Both the position numbers and the translations under genes were made by a program. A stretch of 64,000 nucleotides of DNA from Verrucomicrobiia bacterium (GTDB lineage Bacteria; Verrucomicrobiota; Verrucomicrobiia; Limisphaerales; UBA1319), in assembly GCA_963664225.1 (NCBI GenBank), contig OY760937.1, positions 1,536,001 to 1,600,000 on the forward strand. Reading direction: 5' to 3'. The notes under the pieces are model-generated. The model saw nothing but the letters and a program-made list of their open reading frames with translations. It did not search any database and had not been told where the DNA came from. Below are positions 59,148 to 64,000 of the stretch, one piece after another (the stretch's first letter is position 1; every line of letters starts with the position of its first letter).

Positions 59148-60845
59148 CTATTTCCTAACAACCCATTGCGATCCATTGCTATAGACTTCTAATGCAATGT
59201 AACCTGAAGTAGTAATCGGATAAGTGAACGCAAACCCAAAGCTTTGGCTTGCCGCGTCGAATACTTGTTGATACGTTGTATTAACGGTGTTAATAATAAG
59301 GCTACAAGGACCTCCATTATAAAAACCTAACTTTAAGCGGCGTCCGGTATGCCAAGAAGGCTCAGGAAATGTAACTGTTTTAGTGGACGAACCGGAGCTC
59401 ATGAGTCCCACTTGTCCTTCTAACTCTCCTTTGTCATCGCTGAGAGTGTATGTCGTCCCAGAAAGTGTGGCCCCAGTCACTTGATCCCCACGAGTTCCAT
59501 CAACAGGAAAACCTTTTAGAGATCGCCCTTTAAAGTCATGATTATTAAACATGTAGTTACCACTAGTGTTGAAAACCGGAAAAAAGATTTGTGGGAGTTG
59601 ATTTTGAAATGCCACATCAATTAGATTATTTTCAATGACGTACTTGATGTTTTCTCCAGTGCCCAACCCCTGAGAATAACCACCAGTGAAATATAAACCA
59701 TACCAATTTGATTGAACGATTCCTATATTGGGCTTCGTAGGAACAATTATGTTAGCACGAATAATGAAATTGGTTGTGTTACCCGCGAACCACATTCCAG
59801 CGGGTTTATATACTGAGTCATTTGTTTTAGTATTATTAATTTCAATGTAGTTATTTTCAACTATGTATCTATTAAACGTTTGGCTTCCTCTGGCGTCCAC
59901 ACCAATGCGTATTCCAAGGCCTGTATCTTTAAAAACATTGTTGCGTATAAAACAATCTTCGTTTATCCAGGAATCCATGTTGAAACCCATGTTACAACCA
60001 ATGGCAACATTTCCTTCCATAGTGGCGTTCAATTGGCCGACAGCATATGCAATGCCATTTGGAACATTCAGCACCTTATTGTTGAAAAGTTTGGCTGTGC
60101 TAAGACCATTGCTTGGATTGTAACTACCAAAAGCCGAAATGCACGTCGCATAACCGCCTCCTTTCACGGAACCTTGAACAATGCAATCTTGAATGGTACA
60201 CGTACCACCATTACCAGAAGAAGTCCACATTAATGGGAACGCCTCAATCGAGGCCCCTGCTCCATAGTTTATCACTTTGACACGTTCAATAACAGTATTG
60301 TCAGCAAAAGCGTTAATACCAGATATTACCGCTGCCGTTACATTCGATCCACCCCAGTTGCAATCAAGTGTAACATCACTTAGGTTAAGATTTCGATTGT
60401 TAACGTTGTCATAGGAGGAACCGCAGGTTAATACGGCGGCACCACCACCAGTGTTAATGTTGGCAAGACGAATAATTGTATTGTCTAGACCTGCTCCTTT
60501 TATGTTAGAACCCTGTGGAATTGGAGTGTTTACATTGCCACCGCCAGTTTTGTAACAATCGCTCAATCCAGAAGGCAACAAATGAATTGTTAGATTAGAT
60601 CGCACCTGAGTGGTCCCGTCTGGTGCTTGCTGATTCCATGTCCAAGCGGCCAACCATGAATGGAAATAGCCACCACTTCCATTATATGGATCTTGCAGCG
60701 TGCCAGTTCCAATACCGTTTGTACCACGCAAGGCAAACCACACCTCACTTGTAGTCACCTGAGAATAGCAAGATACTGTTGCCTGCATTAAACACGCAGC
60801 ACCTATTGCCATTATGTACTTATGATGCCTATTTATGAACTTCAT
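59148..60845 (-). CDS. Secreted parallel beta-helix (pectin-lyase/tailspike-like) protein, low GC
   Basis: Signal peptide; GTGTLQDPY, IKGAGLDNTIIRL, Asn/Gly-rich I.NN repeats; tail TVTFP...GR...SNGSQW. Confidence 0.7.
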   Translation of the reverse strand: MKFINRHHKYIMAIGAACLMQATVSCYSQVTTSEVWFALRGTNGIGTGTLQDPYNGSGGYFHSWLAAWTWNQQAPDGTTQVRSNLTIHLLPSGLSDCYKTGGGNVNTPIPQGSNIKGAGLDNTIIRLANINTGGGAAVLTCGSSYDNVNNRNLNLSDVTLDCNWGGSNVTAAVISGINAFADNTVIERVKVINYGAGASIEAFPLMWTSSGNGGTCTIQDCIVQGSVKGGGYATCISAFGSYNPSNGLSTAKLFNNKVLNVPNGIAYAVGQLNATMEGNVAIGCNMGFNMDSWINEDCFIRNNVFKDTGLGIRIGVDARGSQTFNRYIVENNYIEINNTKTNDSVYKPAGMWFAGNTTNFIIRANIIVPTKPNIGIVQSNWYGLYFTGGYSQGLGTGENIKYVIENNLIDVAFQNQLPQIFFPVFNTSGNYMFNNHDFKGRSLKGFPVDGTRGDQVTGATLSGTTYTLSDDKGELEGQVGLMSSGSSTKTVTFPEPSWHTGRRLKLGFYNGGPCSLIINTVNTTYQQVFDAASQSFGFAFTYPITTSGYIALEVYSNGSQWVVRK

Positions 60846-61874
60846 AACCTAACAGTTTCCTTGATTACTTGATTTTGTTTATATGTTACTTCGACTCGGA
60901 CTTCAGCGCATCACAAGATGCGCATGAAATTGTTTCATAGAAAGTATTTTGTGCAATAAAGGATACTAGCGACAAACAAGGACAGACTGTATGGTACAGA
61001 ATGTCAGCCCAATTGACTTTCAAGTTATTTCGCAACTATTCTCGATTGGCCACGTCCGACTGCTAATAATTACGAACCCGGAAAACGCAAATAGTGCGGA
61101 ACGAATATATTTGGTAATTTGCAAACAATGTAACATCGCAATTGGCAATCTCTGCCGTGCCGTTTCAAATGCCCAACAGCGAGCTCACCTTGGCAGCAGT
61201 GCGATAGTTTACTCAATTCGCTCAAACTAACTGTTATACTAAAACGATTATTGTTTAATCAATTCGATGTGATTGCCATAATTTCAGTTTTGTTTCGCAA
61301 TAACATGTATCGAAGGTCCGGAATTAGTGGCACATCAACAATCTCAGTGTTCAAGTAAAAACCACATTTACGAATAGGTTATTATTTGACAACTGGTTTC
61401 ATTATCTCGTCGGATTAATTGCTAATCGTGATGACACCTATGTTAACTATGAATTATTCACAATTTATATCGTAACCTCCATCAATATAAATGTTCGAAA
61501 CATATTTACTAGATCACTAGTGTGAAGTTAAGAGCCAGACATAACGGTCTGCTTGTGTTGAGACAATGCTTTCGCAGGGAGAGCGATGACGCTAATTGTG
61601 TTTTGTTTCATGCAACAGAATATTTGACGGACAATTAACCAGGACCGGTAGGAAACACCCCCAACGCAGAACTAATTTTCCTGCCGCAGTGCTTATTTGT
61701 TGGCCAAGTTATCAAAAACAACTCTCATGTCAACCACATAATGAATATTAATGCACTTTATTTTTAGCCGGTTCACATTATTGGAATACATGCCCAAGAA
61801 TGAGACAGCCCGACTGGTTTATTACAATTATCGTGAGTTCCGTAAACGCAATTGTAACAAATTTCACCCTACGG

Positions 61875-62303
61875 CCTACATACATGGTATGTAGGGGCGA
61901 TTGCCCATCACGATTCCATTTTTCGGCTTAACCGCCGCACCACGACCTCCCCAACGTGTCGTCGGCTACCGCCCGACTTAACGCTTTTTCCCTACGGGCT
62001 TTCCGGCTAAAGGACATCTACCCGTTGTCCTTTATCAAAAATCGTTAAGTCGGCCGATAATCGCCGACACGTTGGGGGACTGGTTTTATAATAAGGGCTA
62101 TCGCCCAACCAACGTGCTCGTTATCACGACCGTTCACGCTGAAGCGTGGAGATTACGTGTTCGCGATTGCGAGATGACGCAAACGAGCAGTAGGAAAAAG
62201 CGTAGCCGCGAGAGCGGCCAAAACATAGCCACGCCGATAGGCGTGCCGACATTGCCCCAAACGGCAAATCTTGCCGTCTTCGCAAATAATTCCCACTGGC
62301 TAT
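61875..62303. other. Large multi-stem structured element (ssDNA promoter/origin or ncRNA)
   Basis: More than ten complementary stems, several nested; embedded CCGACA-N17-TATAAT (62064-62092). Confidence 0.7.
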
Positions 62304-62314
62304 CATTGATCCAT

Positions 62315-62533
62315 ATGAAAAACACAAAAAACAAACAAGCGAACGGGTTCGGGAATTTTCAAACGAAGCAGATTAGAAAAATGGTGGTCAAGCCATTGAC
62401 CCAACTAATCACTGAAAAGACGAATAGTCTCCACAAAACAAGTCGAGAGTGTTTCGAGGAAATCAAAAAGGTCGAGCAAATGATCGAGATCATCGCCCGT
62501 CAAATGGGCCGGGATTTGATGGAGCACAAATGA
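62315..62533 (+). CDS. Small basic/helical hypothetical protein
   Basis: 72 aa; stop overlaps the next ATG (ATGA). Confidence 0.5.
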   Translation: MKNTKNKQANGFGNFQTKQIRKMVVKPLTQLITEKTNSLHKTSRECFEEIKKVEQMIEIIARQMGRDLMEHK

Positions 62534-63972
62534 TCCCGGGTTTGGATGATTCAAGTTCTTCGGGTTTCAAGACCAGCCGCCATTACCTCGTTGGCTCGCT
62601 CCCCACGCGTTTGCCAGCGGCTCAGGTTACGGTTTTACGCAGAGGAGTGGCGGCTGATCCTGGAATCATGCATGAAGAACAATCCATCATCATCGGACAC
62701 CGTCAGGTTTGGAGCGAAGAGCTGTCTTTTGGAATATCTGCAGTCGATCATCGCCATCATGTTTACATCATCGGGAAGACAGGCTCGGGTAAAACGACCC
62801 TGCTTCGTAATTTGCTGATCCAACACATTGCCTTGGGCCACGGCGTTGGACTCATCGATCCACATGGCGATCTGGCTGAGGAAATTCTCAACCATATTCC
62901 GCCATGGCGTGCCGATCAATTGGTGTATTTCAATCCGGGCGACATCGAGTTTCCAATTTCGATGAATTTACTGGCTCACGTTGCGCCTGATGCTCGGCAC
63001 CTTGTTGCTTCTGGGATCGTCGGGGCCTGCAAAAGCATTTGGTCCGACTCCTGGGGCCCGAGGCTCGAATATATTCTCTACAACGCCATCGCAGCTCTGC
63101 TCGATTGTCCCAATACCTCGCTTTTGGGTGTGAATCGAATGTTGATGGACGATTCATATCGCGCTTGGGTGATCCGGCAAATCAAAGATCCCTTCATTCG
63201 AGCATTCTGGGCGGAGGAATATGCCGGATATGACGAACGGTTCAGGCGCGAAGCCATTTCACCAATCCAGAACAAACTTGGACAATTCCTGTTGAATCCG
63301 GTGATCCGCAACATTTTGGGGCAAGTCAGATGCAGTGTGGATATTCCCTTCGTCATGGACAACCAGAGGATGTTCATCGCCAACCTATCGAAAGGTCGGC
63401 TGGGCCATGACAAAGCCAACCTCCTTGGATCCTTGCTCACGACTCAATTTCAACTGGGCGCAATGGCCCGAGTGAACCGTCCCGAAGACGAACGCCAGGA
63501 TTTTTACCTGTTCATCGACGAATTCCAGTCCTTCTCCACCGATGCGTTTGCTTCAATTCTGGCCGAAGCCCGTAAATACCGATTATGCCTCACCCTCTCG
63601 CATCAATACATTGACCAGCTTCCGCTTCCCATCCGCCAGGCGGTTTTTGGCAATGTGGGAACCCTGATTGCCTTTCGCATCGGCAATATCGATGCCGAGG
63701 TGATGGCCAAGGAGTTTGGAAACACATTTGCACCAAGCACGCTTGCCGACCTTGGCCGATATGAAGCGGTCGTGAAGTTGCTGGAAAATGGAACAAACCG
63801 GGAACCATTCCTCGGTAAGATGCTCGCACCACTCAAAAATTGCATTGGCCGGAAGGAAAAGCTCATCGCCCGTTCGCGCGAGCGTTTTGCCGCATCACGC
63901 TCGCGAATTGATGAAAAACTGAACCGGTGGATGGCTTCGGCGAAAACTCCATTACCGACTGACGAATCTTGA
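62530..63972 (+). CDS. VirD4/TraD/HerA-like P-loop ATPase (type IV coupling-protein family), soluble
   Basis: RHHVYIIGKTGSGKT, IDPHGDL, WGPRLEYIL, PIQNKLGQF, YLFIDEFQ, EARKYRL, FGNVGTLIAFR. The start could also be at 62668. Confidence 0.85.
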   Translation: MIPGLDDSSSSGFKTSRHYLVGSLPTRLPAAQVTVLRRGVAADPGIMHEEQSIIIGHRQVWSEELSFGISAVDHRHHVYIIGKTGSGKTTLLRNLLIQHIALGHGVGLIDPHGDLAEEILNHIPPWRADQLVYFNPGDIEFPISMNLLAHVAPDARHLVASGIVGACKSIWSDSWGPRLEYILYNAIAALLDCPNTSLLGVNRMLMDDSYRAWVIRQIKDPFIRAFWAEEYAGYDERFRREAISPIQNKLGQFLLNPVIRNILGQVRCSVDIPFVMDNQRMFIANLSKGRLGHDKANLLGSLLTTQFQLGAMARVNRPEDERQDFYLFIDEFQSFSTDAFASILAEARKYRLCLTLSHQYIDQLPLPIRQAVFGNVGTLIAFRIGNIDAEVMAKEFGNTFAPSTLADLGRYEAVVKLLENGTNREPFLGKMLAPLKNCIGRKEKLIARSRERFAASRSRIDEKLNRWMASAKTPLPTDES

Positions 63973-64000
63973 AACAATCACCACTGGCTGGGTTCGTTCA

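Noticed and set aside
62072..62314. N-terminal extension of the 153-aa ORF
   Set aside because: It starts upstream of the TATAAT and runs through the structured element; ATG 62315 is more plausible.
1..64000. CRISPR array, tRNA or rRNA genes
   Set aside because: No regularly spaced direct repeats or recognisable RNA-gene signatures were seen by eye.

Overview
Accessory-type region, probably from a Verrucomicrobiota genome (inferred from protein styles; no marker gene is present). From left to right: (1) an octaheme-cytochrome/HEAT/TPR gene and yezD-cysTWA sulfate uptake genes sharing a palindromic operator; (2) a ~24 kb metal-resistance block with an ECF/anti-sigma/periplasmic-sensor trio, CusCBA-type RND, RcnR-RcnA and a ChrB/MFS/DUF1259 cluster; (3) a sulfate-assimilation operon, cysH-cysD-cysN-thiS-metY-moeB-JAB-sir/tusA, of the protein-thiocarboxylate type, opposite a CymR-like Rrf2 gene; (4) a scar of two head-to-head IS21 istB halves joined by a perfect 36-bp palindrome and carrying an intact IS630; (5) a sigma54 enhancer-binding protein with two matching promoters, driving trx-RND efflux-pagL and squalene-hopene cyclase; (6) a lower-GC mobile-element edge with a beta-helix protein, a ~430-nt highly structured element resembling an ssDNA promoter/origin, and a VirD4/HerA-like ATPase. 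The most notable signals are the structured element at 61875-62303, a shared C-terminal D-[YF]-x-I (CysK-docking-like) tail on four sulfur-locus products, the istB-targeted palindromic junction, and three regulons readable directly from repeated DNA motifs. All family assignments come from motif recognition by eye; no searches were run.
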